Below are positions 37,801 to 47,010 of a stretch of 64,000 nucleotides of DNA, piece after piece; position 1 is the stretch's first letter, and the number at the start of each line of letters is the position of its first letter. The DNA is from a virus: the IMG/VR virus record IMGVR_UViG_3300043788_000060, positions 46,257 through 110,256 of that record. One strand, 5' to 3'. Position numbers and translations under genes: made by a program. The notes under the pieces are model-generated. The model was not told where the DNA came from and made no database searches. It saw only the letters and a list, made by a program, of their open reading frames with translations.

Positions 37801-40800
37801 GAACTCGCAAGAGAAGCTGGGTACAAAGCTACGCCTGCTGTCGGAAACAAACCCGGAGAAGACCTCTACTCCAAGTTCTTCAGAGATGGTGGTGTCAGAA
37901 TCCGGTCGTTTGGCGGAACTGTCAATATCGACTTCATGGAACCGAACGCCGATACTTGGGACAGAGTCTATCGCTCGATAGCCTCGGTTCCGGACGCAAA
38001 TTATTATCGGGTAGAATTCCGTCCACTAAAAGGTGGAACCGGTTTCAATATCGATGCCTACGACAAAGACAACCTGTTATTCAAACTCAAGGATTTGGAA
38101 AACGGCGGAACTCGCCCGGCTCCTGCGGGAAGTGTGCAATATTTCAGGCAAGGATTGTTATCTCGCGAAGGGGAATACAGGAATAAAGAACCCAGATTTC
38201 CCGGGTTGGCCGCTCGGGGCTCCGTAGACTTCGAAGACATCAAGCCATATCTAACGGATGAAGAGCTTACCAAACATGACTCTCCCGAAAAGAAAGCTCT
38301 GCTTACCGCCGCATTTAACGCGATGCCCGACGCCGACGAATGGAAAGAAGCAATTAAAGCTGGACGTGCCGGACAGATGTGGTATGAAAGATCGTCCCGC
38401 GCCTTCGATGCCCTGCTCGATTCCGGTGCTGACTTCATCTCGAAGAAAGATAAATCGAAATTCCTGAATTTCGTCGCCGCTCTTTCTCCGGTTCAGCCGG
38501 TCCGTCAAAACCTGCTCATGGCTTTGAACCTTTGGTCAAAGTGGGACAAAGCCGGTCGTCCGACAGACGTTGAATGGAAAGACGGAGCCCCGAATAAGAA
38601 CGCTTCGCTCTGGAGAATTCTCAAGGGACGAGGAAACACACAGGGAGTAGACCTGCCAGCAAGAATGAACAACGCAATTCGTGCGTTGCAGGGCGAGCCC
38701 CTGTCCGGACCCAAAGTATCGGCGTTTACCACCAACTTGGGTAAGGATGTCAACCGGGTCACCAACGACACATGGATGGCCGTGTTCGGCGGTCACGATC
38801 CGAACCGGATCAACAAGCCCGCCGTTTACGACGCCATGTCCGCCAAGGTCCGCGAAGCGGCTAAATCGGAAGGCATCGCCCCGCGTCAAGCCCAAGCTGC
38901 GATCTGGAGCTTCATCAAGTCCCTAGCCGAACTATCAGGCTGGGGCAATGACCGCTGGATTCCGCCCCAAGAAATCATCAAGCAAGGTCTGCTCACGCCA
39001 GAGTTAGTTGGTATGCACTCGGCGGATTTCGCAGACATGCTTCAGAACGATCCCGAAATCCGGGAAGCTATCCGGAAAATAGGAGGAGACCTAAATGCCC
39101 TCGACTCAAAACTCAAATCTTACGTCCCCGGAAAGCCTGCCGAGGGAGAAGCTGCGGTCGCTAGTCCTCAACTTCTTAACGCGGCTCAAAGACTCGAAGC
39201 CGCCCGCACCGACTCAAGAATAGCAGCGCACCTCGCACGCAAACAAGAACCCGGTTTGTTCGATACGGAATTCCGTCCGAATAATGGACTATTTGCGCGA
39301 AACCCAGAACTCACCCAGCAGATCGATTCGAACGTCTTCAAAAACCAGCCCAAGGAATATCAGGACCTTGTCCTCAACTCGTTACGTAGAGTAGCGAACG
39401 GAGAACTGTCTGACCGCGAGCAAGCGGCAGCGAAATTCCTGCGCGACGAACAGGATAAGAACTTTGAAATCGGCTCGTCGAACGACCTGCTCCATCACTA
39501 CCTCGAAGACTATATGACCCGCGTGTACAAGGACACCAACCCACAGGGCAAGGTGATTTTGTCGGACGCCAAGGGCGGCAGATTCGCGACCAATGTTTCG
39601 ATGGCCAAGCAGCGGGTGTACGACTCGAACCTGACTGCGTTGCTCAAATCTCCGAAGCAGATGCTGCTGGACCCGGTAGACATCACGGCCAGAGGTCGGG
39701 CTATGCTCATTAAAGCAGCGGCGAACCGGCAGTTGATTGATACGCTTCGGGATAAGTTTACTCGTGCGTCAGACGGTCGGCCTGCGGTTGTATTGTCTGG
39801 GGCCGGACAGGTTGTCTCTGGCGCAAACGGCGAGGACCCGAAGACGTTCATCGATCCGAACCGCGTTCGTAAAATCAACATCTCACCGAATGTCGTAGAG
39901 CAGTTATCAAAATCCGGCGACTTACAGAGATTTTTGGACGAGGGTACGATCCGGGATATCACACCGTATGTCCGCCCAAACAATATTTCTGCTGCAATCG
40001 AAAAGTTGGAAGCGCAATACGATGAAGTGGGTAACAACAAACTTCGCACAGATATCATGTATCTGAAGTCGGTGTTGAACAACAAAGATTTCTCGGGACT
40101 CAAAGATTTCAACGACAAACAGCCGAAGCAATACGCTTGGGACCCGCAGGACTATATCAGCTTGGCGAACGGCGCGATGAAGGGCTGGAATTTTGTTACA
40201 AACGACTCCGCCGGGAACGGTGTGTATGTCCGTAGCGATATCAAGGTACATCCTGAATTTGCCGAGTATCTCCAGAATCGTTTGGGTCTAGCTCCGTCCG
40301 ACATTGCAAAGCACCCTGTGGGTAAAGCGTTACTCGGAGCAGGAACTAAGTTGAAGGAAACCCTGCTATCGCTGTCACCATTCCACATGGTGCAGGAAGC
40401 TCTGCGTGGAATTATGGTGGGAGTGAATCCGTTCCATATCACCGGTCCAGACATTCTGACCGGCGAGAAAGTAGACCCCACCGATCCGAATTCGCCGACG
40501 ATCATCCGCAAGGCCGTCGAGCATGGGTTTACGACCGGCACGGATTACAATGCCTTACAAGCACACAGCGAGGGCGTGGCGTCTGGTGGCGGTGGATTGC
40601 TTTCGAAAATTCCGGGAGTAGGCAAAGTCCTGTCTAATTCTCTAGATTGGTACCAGAACTTCCTCTTCAAGCGGTACATACCGGCGCTCAAGGCCCGCTC
40701 TGTTGAATTGATGTACCACGAATATCAGAATGCTCACCCTGATTGGTCGGTAGATAAGATCGCCAAAGCTGCTGCTATGCACACAAACGATACGTTCGGC

Positions 40801-41838
40801 GGAATCAACTGGAAGGCAATGGGCCGGTCTGCTACTACTCAGGATTGGGGCCGGTTAATGTTACTCGCGCCCGACTGGCTCGAATCCGAAATGCGGTCTG
40901 GTGCAAGACTATTTAACAAGGACGAAGGCGGACTGGGCCGGGCACAAGTAGCTAAGATGGCTTTGGGACTTTGGGGAATTGCCAGAGTTCTCAACTTAGT
41001 AACTACAGGTAAGCCGCACTTAGAAGCACCATTCGGGCTGGCTGTGAAAAATAAGGAAGGCAAGGAAACGGTATTTTCTATCCGGACTTTGCCAACCGAT
41101 TTGTTACATGCCGCGAGCGATCCTGTCGGATTCGTTCAAGGTCGTCTATCTCCTGTTGTTCGCTCCGGAACCGAGTTAGTAACTCAGCGCGATCAATTTG
41201 GCCGCAAGTTACAGCCACAGGATTTATGGGCTGACGTGTTCAGAAATATGGCACCCATCCCGCTACAGGCCGTAAACCAAGCTATATCTGGGACTGGCCC
41301 GCAAGTCGGAAACGTCGGACAAGCCGTAAAGGCCGTAGGCGGAACTGCGCAAACTTACCAGACCCCTGCACAGAAATTAGCCGCCGATCTGGCTAGTTCT
41401 CATACCGAATCGGGACCGGTAGACCCGGCCCAGATGGCAAGGCACTCCCGGATAATTCAACTCGAAGATCAGGCAAGGGCCGGAGAAATTTCTTGGCCGG
41501 ACCTCTACAAGCTGGCCTACCAGACGGATCAGATTTCTGAGTCCGAGTTGAAAACCATAGAGGCAAATGTCAAGTCCACCCAAGGTATGGACCCGAGCAT
41601 GGCCGCGCTTTACACCAGAGCTTCGCGCCTACCTGCCAAGGAGTATCTGGACCTCTTGGATATCGCTAATCCCTCGGAGAAAGCCGCACTGGTTCCTCTA
41701 ACTATCAAAGTTCAGAAGCGGTACCTGACCAAAGCGAAAAAGGAAGAAACCCCGGAAGAGCGGGCCCATGATCCTGTGTTTATGCGGCTATTAAACATGA
41801 TCCCCCAATCGCTCCAACAGAAACAAACCCAGAAATAA
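34870..41838 (+). CDS. Giant (2322 aa) ejection / polyvalent internal virion protein
   Basis: DLSSIWG N-terminal repeats; internal RAVHDLLGH, EELHH and WY..LSP..GPKV..VTND.W domains; helical C-terminus. Confidence 0.7.
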   Translation: MATDSVDLSSIWGNTSASAPQSSSTDLSKIWGSGGGVPPVVSRAQETPSSSIDLSSIWGGGEARPNNGQTAPLPVQHLYQDSSQPWYKRAWDFANTPLTESLFGLPEERQGAGGFERGVEHIVSGLTSPLSVALTAATFGTGGIIESAGASALKEAGLTAAEIADATKASQVAVDAAKAVPEGATAITDAVKDAGLDPALWKRAQGILYDNGLTEHDLLGGNAVERGAFQVLRNTVPDLPIAVTARAAKTANTLLNAGFTLQQLESASAMSPRFLDALKEGDYDHALEYGTEMFASGALGVLGASHALHSAGELFKPLVENNAVRPSDEWNAITRANQEREAQHAEAEQHAINLSKQAKDLLGHAEPRPILGDTAEVKSQKNLELATVLHQIVTGGDQTKAATWHDALAEAAGRTEEPTLVHPNNGPVGNPDVQSLAESYTKSAGIDKTPHEGLVTVDPEAAKRVADAYEEMQHNPNDPKVKASYDALIRETKAQWDAAKAAGYKLEPWPEAGQPYANSAEMAADVRDNKHLYYFQGGEVPEGHPLAQIDPETGETYNNIFRAVHDLLGHAKNGYEFGPRGEENAFLAHSRMYSDEAIPALLSETKGQNSWVNFGKHLRDENGNLPAKGEKGFIPPPERPYADQKAGILPPEIVNPHLGKEPQVGTPIETPSRANTQVVHSNAAGEVRVGADGRPIVWLSPEAWEAYNRIAHPGAIILGVSYSPDEAADIAKKLLKANEPGDAQQVLDLFWKAQNVSKQGLLTAAKTGTDVTVAAEELHHTWARELSKDGEIANHLKPKQWIKLNDIIPPAWTADMDRLGYEKDPISRVIETAHQFRAGKAKGIVPDTDIVRFLDSYYSEVEATHGKNVLEEANKINDIAAQHIKDIYENRRTRQTTPEGGLADRQTDNGQLPSVEAGRETGPPKVGSGEPPEGLTAREDKEFSKLSGLKLRVGMGDAGSAGLVTGDNDVLIGRDHAELAREAGYKATPAVGNKPGEDLYSKFFRDGGVRIRSFGGTVNIDFMEPNADTWDRVYRSIASVPDANYYRVEFRPLKGGTGFNIDAYDKDNLLFKLKDLENGGTRPAPAGSVQYFRQGLLSREGEYRNKEPRFPGLAARGSVDFEDIKPYLTDEELTKHDSPEKKALLTAAFNAMPDADEWKEAIKAGRAGQMWYERSSRAFDALLDSGADFISKKDKSKFLNFVAALSPVQPVRQNLLMALNLWSKWDKAGRPTDVEWKDGAPNKNASLWRILKGRGNTQGVDLPARMNNAIRALQGEPLSGPKVSAFTTNLGKDVNRVTNDTWMAVFGGHDPNRINKPAVYDAMSAKVREAAKSEGIAPRQAQAAIWSFIKSLAELSGWGNDRWIPPQEIIKQGLLTPELVGMHSADFADMLQNDPEIREAIRKIGGDLNALDSKLKSYVPGKPAEGEAAVASPQLLNAAQRLEAARTDSRIAAHLARKQEPGLFDTEFRPNNGLFARNPELTQQIDSNVFKNQPKEYQDLVLNSLRRVANGELSDREQAAAKFLRDEQDKNFEIGSSNDLLHHYLEDYMTRVYKDTNPQGKVILSDAKGGRFATNVSMAKQRVYDSNLTALLKSPKQMLLDPVDITARGRAMLIKAAANRQLIDTLRDKFTRASDGRPAVVLSGAGQVVSGANGEDPKTFIDPNRVRKINISPNVVEQLSKSGDLQRFLDEGTIRDITPYVRPNNISAAIEKLEAQYDEVGNNKLRTDIMYLKSVLNNKDFSGLKDFNDKQPKQYAWDPQDYISLANGAMKGWNFVTNDSAGNGVYVRSDIKVHPEFAEYLQNRLGLAPSDIAKHPVGKALLGAGTKLKETLLSLSPFHMVQEALRGIMVGVNPFHITGPDILTGEKVDPTDPNSPTIIRKAVEHGFTTGTDYNALQAHSEGVASGGGGLLSKIPGVGKVLSNSLDWYQNFLFKRYIPALKARSVELMYHEYQNAHPDWSVDKIAKAAAMHTNDTFGGINWKAMGRSATTQDWGRLMLLAPDWLESEMRSGARLFNKDEGGLGRAQVAKMALGLWGIARVLNLVTTGKPHLEAPFGLAVKNKEGKETVFSIRTLPTDLLHAASDPVGFVQGRLSPVVRSGTELVTQRDQFGRKLQPQDLWADVFRNMAPIPLQAVNQAISGTGPQVGNVGQAVKAVGGTAQTYQTPAQKLAADLASSHTESGPVDPAQMARHSRIIQLEDQARAGEISWPDLYKLAYQTDQISESELKTIEANVKSTQGMDPSMAALYTRASRLPAKEYLDLLDIANPSEKAALVPLTIKVQKRYLTKAKKEETPEERAHDPVFMRLLNMIPQSLQQKQTQK
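37532..37675 (+). CDS. Candidate overprinted 47-aa ORF (+1 frame) inside the giant protein
   Basis: SD AAGGA 5 nt before ATG; MKTEERDKLLQKVGWPTDKQTTDSYLAWKQGGKLGLLKWVQENHQKA; the main frame is linker-like here. Confidence 0.5.
   Translation: MKTEERDKLLQKVGWPTDKQTTDSYLAWKQGGKLGLLKWVQENHQKA
39095..39223 (+). CDS. Candidate overprinted 42-aa ORF (+1 frame) inside the giant protein
   Basis: SD AGGAGG 8 nt before ATG; contains amphipathic PREKLRSLVLNFLTRLKD. Confidence 0.45.
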   Translation: MPSTQNSNLTSPESLPREKLRSLVLNFLTRLKDSKPPAPTQE

Positions 41839-41855
41839 ACATCCCCACAAACACG

Positions 41856-41886
41856 AAGGCCCTCCTGATTTCTCGGGAGGGCTTTT
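41856..41886. terminator. Rho-independent terminator between the convergent arms
   Basis: AAGGCCCTCCTGA-TTTC-TCGGGAGGGCTTTT. Confidence 0.75.
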
Positions 41887-41904
41887 CTGTGTCCATTATT
41901 CGGA

Positions 41905-42273
41905 TTAAATTTGATCTGTTGGGTCTCGCAGGATGTTTGCTTCTCGTTGCGCGGCTCCTTGGGCCTTGGCTTGGTTACTGCGCTCCTCCAAAATCTTCTC
42001 TGCGACCGCGCAAGCTCTCCACGCCATAGCCCCGGCATGGCTCACCCCGTTTTCGTCTGGGTCGTTTCGCTGTATGGCGTGTCTAATCATGGCATCGAAG
42101 TCGTCTTTACTTTTTGATCTGTCCCAGTGAAGCGGGGTTCCCGGAACGTGCTGTTTGTTTCCGGCTACACTCGCTTTCGCTATCTCAGTCATTGTCAGAG
42201 GAAAGTAATCCAGCACTCCGGTTCCGATAGGAATCTCCTTTCGTTCTTTTGCGTCAGTCGGCAACAACGGCAT
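41905..42273 (-). CDS. dATP/dGTP diphosphohydrolase-like protein (DUF5664-type)
   Basis: RK..P...YFP....IA..S..GN.QH...W.R.KS....A..RH...H....AWRA. Confidence 0.65.
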   Translation of the reverse strand: MPLLPTDAKERKEIPIGTGVLDYFPLTMTEIAKASVAGNKQHVPGTPLHWDRSKSKDDFDAMIRHAIQRNDPDENGVSHAGAMAWRACAVAEKILEERSNQAKAQGAAQREANILRDPTDQI

Positions 42274-42667
42274 TTTGAATCCCTCCAGTTATAAATTCCG
42301 CGATCTCGCTCCAATTTTCTTGATACCGAATCGCTTTGTCGTCGATATAGTAGGCGGCGTAGACTTTGCCCATTGTGCCGTCGTCCACGTCATCGTAAGG
42401 CACTTGGTTCTCGTCCAGATAGGCAATCATCTGCTTAACTGTTGGGCGGCTCATATCCAAAATCTCCCCGGTCGGGTTGAATATTTCCGGATAGAATTTG
42501 CAAGTTCGACAGGACCAAACGATGATCCAATATCCAGATTCCTTTATTTTGGACAAAGCCTCTCGAACTCCGGGTTTCAATGACCCCAAAGTTGGGTAAG
42601 TAGAATCGCAGATCGTCTTGTCAAAATCGACGGCGACAATCCTTTCGATATTTGGAGGTTGGATCAT
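42254..42667 (-). CDS. HAD-family phosphatase
   Basis: VAVDFDKTI, WSCR, K..A.YYIDDKA. Confidence 0.8.
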   Translation of the reverse strand: MIQPPNIERIVAVDFDKTICDSTYPTLGSLKPGVREALSKIKESGYWIIVWSCRTCKFYPEIFNPTGEILDMSRPTVKQMIAYLDENQVPYDDVDDGTMGKVYAAYYIDDKAIRYQENWSEIAEFITGGIQNAVVAD

Positions 42668-42705
42668 ATTATCCGTCCATTATTCGGACAAATCGTGTGA
42701 AAAGG

Positions 42706-43215
42706 CTAAACTTGATTGAATTCCACTAAAGGTCCGTACCCCAACATCACGGGATGGCTGGGGTGCCCTTGCTTCGTTTTATTCAAGCACCAAAGTTTTC
42801 GGTTCAGTAGCTCTATGGTTTTCCGTACCCGATCCTCCACCCAAGGCTTGTTGGCAAAAGTTGCACCCCACGCTACGCATACGGTTTCTTCCGGCGGCAA
42901 GTCTCGAACATAGGCATCGTTATCCGGACCCACGATGTCTGCCCGGTAGTTCACATATTCTCGTTGCAACACCTTCGGGTCGGTCGAGCGAAAAGCGAAG
43001 AGATTGACGATCCGGATCGCGTTGAAATCGTTCAACTTGGCAAATCCTATACACTTACGCACAGTTGCATCGTCCTGCAATCCGTCTGCCGTGCTGGGAT
43101 TCAACATACAAAAATTTAGAACACGGACTCCGACAAAGATGGGGTTTTCGGCCCATTCCCGGTACAACGTGTATCGGTATTTCCGGTCATCACTGATTAC
43201 GGCTTCCCGAATCAC
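42706..43215 (-). CDS. DUF1643-family protein
   Basis: YRYTL.R.W, MLNPSTAD..DD.T, NLFAFRSTDP, AWG, G.P.HP. Confidence 0.85.
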   Translation of the reverse strand: MIREAVISDDRKYRYTLYREWAENPIFVGVRVLNFCMLNPSTADGLQDDATVRKCIGFAKLNDFNAIRIVNLFAFRSTDPKVLQREYVNYRADIVGPDNDAYVRDLPPEETVCVAWGATFANKPWVEDRVRKTIELLNRKLWCLNKTKQGHPSHPVMLGYGPLVEFNQV

Positions 43216-43466
43216 AACCTAATTACCTGCCCATTCGATTTAACTCCGTACTTCTCCCCGAGTTCGTACTGCCTTGGTTGCCGGTCTTTATCCCTACGCC
43301 CTGTAAGGGGTTTCGTCTCGTCCAGATTTCGGACGGGTTCGTAGGTGCCGTCGAGGTCTTTCAACCATTGACGCCATACGGCAAAGAGCCCGGGATCACG
43401 TTGTCTGAATAATGGACTTCCTCCGGAGGCGTGGCCATAGATTGAGGTTCCGATGTTTTGGTTCAT
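43212..43466 (-). CDS. Hypothetical protein
   Basis: Coupled at both ends. Confidence 0.6.
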   Translation of the reverse strand: MNQNIGTSIYGHASGGSPLFRQRDPGLFAVWRQWLKDLDGTYEPVRNLDETKPLTGRRDKDRQPRQYELGEKYGVKSNGQVIRL

Positions 43467-44299
43467 ATTGGTCTCACTGGAAAACCGGTTTTGAATCCGG
43501 CGGCGTGTTTATGGCCCCCGCCCCCGTACTGTTTTGCGATTTCGGACACATCAATCCCGTCATCAGTCGATCTCAAACTGAAGTGGGCGTAGTTTCCGTC
43601 GAGATAAAACGTCGATCCAAATGGTTGTCCTTGTGCCAGAATATGTCCGGCGTCCGACGAAAACGTGTATGGTAAGTTACAGGTCCAAGTCTCGTATCCG
43701 CCAATTGTAATCCGGAATTTGTTTTGTAGAAGTTCCTTGGTGTCCTTCTCCTGTTTCCGAATAATGGATTTTCCAGCTAACAAGAGTTCGTTGGGTAATT
43801 CGCCTCGCTCTGCATCATACTCAACTTCTGTGTGGGTTACTTCCCAGAGGCTGAAATCGTACTCAAGACTGAAAAGGTAAGCAGAGAACGCTTTAGTTTC
43901 CGGGTACACAAATCTCCACAAATCCCGATCTTCTACATATCTCACAAGATTCGGAACATCGACGTAAGAGTGAAAATGCTCCCAAGCCAGACGTGCTCCG
44001 GACTTTCCCAGATCGAAATGCACGAAAACATTATCGGGCAAATTGACTAGATCAGCCTCGGCGGTTTTGTGGTGGTCCAAGATTGTGATGTCTTGGGCCT
44101 GTTTTGCTAATTCCAAAATCACCGGTCGCTTGTAAGAGAAGTCCACCATGTAGACGATTCTATCTGTCACATCAGGCGGCGGGTCTCCGTGTTTAGCGGG
44201 ATAGAAATCCCATCCCGGATGCGCCCGCCATACGGCCCAAGCTGCGGTAAATCCGTCCTGACAGTTGCCGTGATATATGACGATAGGTTTGTCAGTCAT
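43463..44299 (-). CDS. DHH/DHHA1 phosphoesterase
   Basis: YH..C.DG, VDFS, LDHHKT, SGA.LAW, DRDLW, SLRS, GGGGHKHAAGF; start placed at the coupled ATG 44299. Confidence 0.9.
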   Translation of the reverse strand: MTDKPIVIYHGNCQDGFTAAWAVWRAHPGWDFYPAKHGDPPPDVTDRIVYMVDFSYKRPVILELAKQAQDITILDHHKTAEADLVNLPDNVFVHFDLGKSGARLAWEHFHSYVDVPNLVRYVEDRDLWRFVYPETKAFSAYLFSLEYDFSLWEVTHTEVEYDAERGELPNELLLAGKSIIRKQEKDTKELLQNKFRITIGGYETWTCNLPYTFSSDAGHILAQGQPFGSTFYLDGNYAHFSLRSTDDGIDVSEIAKQYGGGGHKHAAGFKTGFPVRPI

Positions 44300-44856
44300 G
44301 CCGCCCTCATTTCTCGAAAATCTCGTATTGCTTTTCCAATATGCTTCCATTCTTCATAAGAAAAAGAATCTCCTTTTCCCATGTTACATCGGCTACAACA
44401 TACCACACAGTTGGCTGGGGTATATCCAACATTGTTATCTATCCGGTCTAGATAGTACGCTTCTCTTTCTGGTCCCTTGCTACGGCTGTATTCGGGCCAC
44501 TCTATCGGAAACGAACAATAGTGACACGAATTGATTTTTGTAAAAATTAGGAAATCTTCATACGTTAGAGAATGGGGGATATCTCTTCTGTCAGACGCAG
44601 AAGTAAAGATATTAAACAACCATTCAAAAGGTCTTAACCTGTTTCTGTCTCGAAGAGATTCAAAACGCAAACACCCACAAGACAAGCACGCCCCAGCAGT
44701 AAGCCTGCTTCCCTCTGTTGTTATTTTATTCCCGCACTCACACTGGCAAAGGTACCTCGATCTTCTTCTTTTGGGGCCACCCTCGGAAGGAATTATTCTT
44801 TCTATGGCGGTTAAACGACCAAACACTTGTCCAGTAAGATTCTTCCTTTTCCCCAA
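44296..44856 (-). CDS. HNH homing-endonuclease-like protein
   Basis: LTGQVFGRLT..CQCECG..SCGC; CHYC..LDRIDNNVGY..NCVVCC..CN..K. Confidence 0.8.
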   Translation of the reverse strand: MGKRKNLTGQVFGRLTAIERIIPSEGGPKRRRSRYLCQCECGNKITTEGSRLTAGACLSCGCLRFESLRDRNRLRPFEWLFNIFTSASDRRDIPHSLTYEDFLIFTKINSCHYCSFPIEWPEYSRSKGPEREAYYLDRIDNNVGYTPANCVVCCSRCNMGKGDSFSYEEWKHIGKAIRDFREMRAA

Positions 44857-44858
44857 GA

Positions 44859-45995
44859 TTAAGAAAACCTCTTTTCATAGAATTTTCTGTCGAAGAAAGG
44901 ACACCACTGAACCTGAAACCCGGCTATTGCCCCAGATTCTTCTTGTTTTATCCTGACAATCGAGTACCCGACGTGGGCTTGTAATCTTTTCTTGCGCATA
45001 AACAAACTCTGGTCGGTCGTACAGCCACCCTGCAATGTGTGGACCTCTCGTGGGTATCCGTAGTTGAATTTGTGATAATGTCCGACGAGTTCGATCTGAG
45101 GTTTCTCTCCGCCCTGATAACTTTCCACGCGCTTCTGATCGGTGTATGAAATTGCGTAGGCAGAACCTCCGCCCGGATGGACAACGCGCATCACCGAGGA
45201 ACCCCGTCCGAACGAAAGTTGGACATCTGCTTCCCCGTATCCCAAATACTTGAGATCAGTCCTACCCGCGTCTTCTGCCCGGTTCTGGAGGTATCTTCCA
45301 ACTTCCAAACCTTCGCGCTGCTGGTACCAGCCCTCGTGATCGTCTCCAGCAATGTAGTGCGTCTCGATACCTTCGCGGATCGGGAAATTGTCAATCATGT
45401 AGTCCAATTGGTTGTCAAGCCCCGGAGCCACGATCAGTTCGGTCTTGTTAAATCGGGCTTCTCCGTCGATCCAGTTGCCCGCGTTATAAACGATGTTTAT
45501 ACCCTCCCGCTCGAAGTGGTCGTAGGCCGCGTTCAAAACGTCGAGTCTGGAGTGTCGGTTGCACAAATGGTTGTCGGTCGTAAACCCGAATATATGTGTC
45601 CAGTCTCCCTTCTCGCCCCGGACCTCGCTCTTGCCGGGCTCCAATAATACTGAGTCGCCAAGATCGTGCTTGCCATCCACGGTTGTGAGCAGGAGCACGC
45701 CCTTGGACTTCATCTCCTTAATGGCGTCTCGCACTAGCTTGACAGGGGCATCCAAAGATTTGGCCAGTTGCTCAGTTGAAGCCGGGCCCTTCTTGAGCAG
45801 CTTGCGAATATCGTCGTGCCCAATTGATTTTACCCCAGCGATTTCGATCTCGGGCTCTCGAAGAATCTTGTTAACCGTCTTTTGATGGTATCCGACGAAC
45901 CCCGCTATCTCGCGTCCGGACTTCTCCGGGTGGAGTTGCTTGATCCTGCGTATCGCTTTCTTGTCTACTTCAGGTACCTGTGTGGTTTTAGGCAT
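44859..45995 (-). CDS. Calcineurin-like metallophosphoesterase with N-terminal HTH regions
   Basis: TDNHL, GNWIDG, GDDHE, VHP, GHYH. Confidence 0.85.
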   Translation of the reverse strand: MPKTTQVPEVDKKAIRRIKQLHPEKSGREIAGFVGYHQKTVNKILREPEIEIAGVKSIGHDDIRKLLKKGPASTEQLAKSLDAPVKLVRDAIKEMKSKGVLLLTTVDGKHDLGDSVLLEPGKSEVRGEKGDWTHIFGFTTDNHLCNRHSRLDVLNAAYDHFEREGINIVYNAGNWIDGEARFNKTELIVAPGLDNQLDYMIDNFPIREGIETHYIAGDDHEGWYQQREGLEVGRYLQNRAEDAGRTDLKYLGYGEADVQLSFGRGSSVMRVVHPGGGSAYAISYTDQKRVESYQGGEKPQIELVGHYHKFNYGYPREVHTLQGGCTTDQSLFMRKKRLQAHVGYSIVRIKQEESGAIAGFQVQWCPFFDRKFYEKRFS

Positions 45996-46189
45996 TAGTC
46001 TGGTTGTCCTTCCCACGGATTTTCGCCCGTGACTGCTACGAATCCTTGTTTCAGTTCTCGAACCACTTCGGGCAGAATAGATTTCAATTGCACGATGTGA
46101 AAAGTATCTGACATCGGGAGTTGCAGTCCGTGTGTCAAATTATCAAGTCGATCTATAGCCTGCCCCAGAATCTCTTTCGCGTCGTCCAT
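45995..46189 (-). CDS. Hypothetical protein
   Basis: TAATG coupling at both ends. Confidence 0.65.
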   Translation of the reverse strand: MDDAKEILGQAIDRLDNLTHGLQLPMSDTFHIVQLKSILPEVVRELKQGFVAVTGENPWEGQPD

Positions 46190-46380
46190 TATTCGGACTC
46201 CAATTCCGCCGGAACTTCCACATCCGGCTTCAACTCTCCCAGAATGTCTTGGGCCAGCAAAGTCTGCCCGTCCTCAAGACCCTTGGCATAAATCCACTGG
46301 TCTTCCGAATCGATTTTCCTTGCCAAGGCTCGGGTTGCGTATTTGTTCAACAAACCCACGGCGGCGTCTGAAATTTTCAC
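46189..46380 (-). CDS. Hypothetical protein
   Basis: SD AGGAGG; coupled. Confidence 0.65.
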   Translation of the reverse strand: MKISDAAVGLLNKYATRALARKIDSEDQWIYAKGLEDGQTLLAQDILGELKPDVEVPAELESE

Positions 46381-46676
46381 TTGACCTCCTTGAGGCAGAC
46401 AATGTCGTAACTGAGTTTTGATCCAACGGTCGATGTCATGATTTTTCCGGGCGCAACGTAATATAAATCTCTGTCCTCCGGAATTTTACCCCGGACAGCC
46501 ACGTACACGTCAAACCCTTCCGGACATCCGCGCAGCTTCTTGTCCGGTCCTATCACAAACGCTTTCGAGGACAGTTCCCCGGAATCGACATACGCCGGTT
46601 TGGTTTCGAGACGTAGTTCCTGCGGTAAAGCCAAAGCGGTCCCGAGCAGGAATAGAACGACTAAAGCAAATCGCAT
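46377..46676 (-). CDS. Exported small protein
   Basis: MRFALVVLFLLGTALA signal; one Cys pair; SD GGAGG. Confidence 0.6.
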   Translation of the reverse strand: MRFALVVLFLLGTALALPQELRLETKPAYVDSGELSSKAFVIGPDKKLRGCPEGFDVYVAVRGKIPEDRDLYYVAPGKIMTSTVGSKLSYDIVCLKEVK

Positions 46677-46827
46677 TGAGCCTCCGGGTCATGGGCCGCG
46701 CACCGGGGTTGCACAGACGATTTGTCCGGGCTCCCGAAAATATCTTTGGATGCCAGTACCCAGACAGTCGCCGGTTGTTGGCAAACCGTGCATTTTCTCG
46801 GCGTTGAATATTGGGAAATCGGTCGGC

Positions 46828-47010
46828 TCATTTTGTTCCTTCACTAAGACAATAGAGTAGGAAAAGAAATTCTATTGCACATATTACGGAGTGAAAAATA
46901 GACTCAGAAAACTCTCCTGTAAATATTGGGTGGGGTACAGGAACAATCAGATCGCGGAATCCAATAAAGAACATGATAGCCCACGCAAAACGCATTACTA
47001 GCTTTTTCAT
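46828..47010 (-). CDS. Small two-TM membrane protein
   Basis: SD GGAGGAG; hydrophobic. Confidence 0.55.
   Translation of the reverse strand: MKKLVMRFAWAIMFFIGFRDLIVPVPHPIFTGEFSESIFHSVICAIEFLFLLYCLSEGTK

Noticed and set aside
13888-41838. Numerous antisense and off-frame ORFs in the track over long genes
   Set aside because: They are shadow ORFs without an RBS or recognisable motif. Only the two SD-led nested ORFs were kept.
41905-42273. Z-genome (2-aminoadenine) pathway
   Set aside because: No purZ-like synthetase in the window; this gene alone is insufficient.
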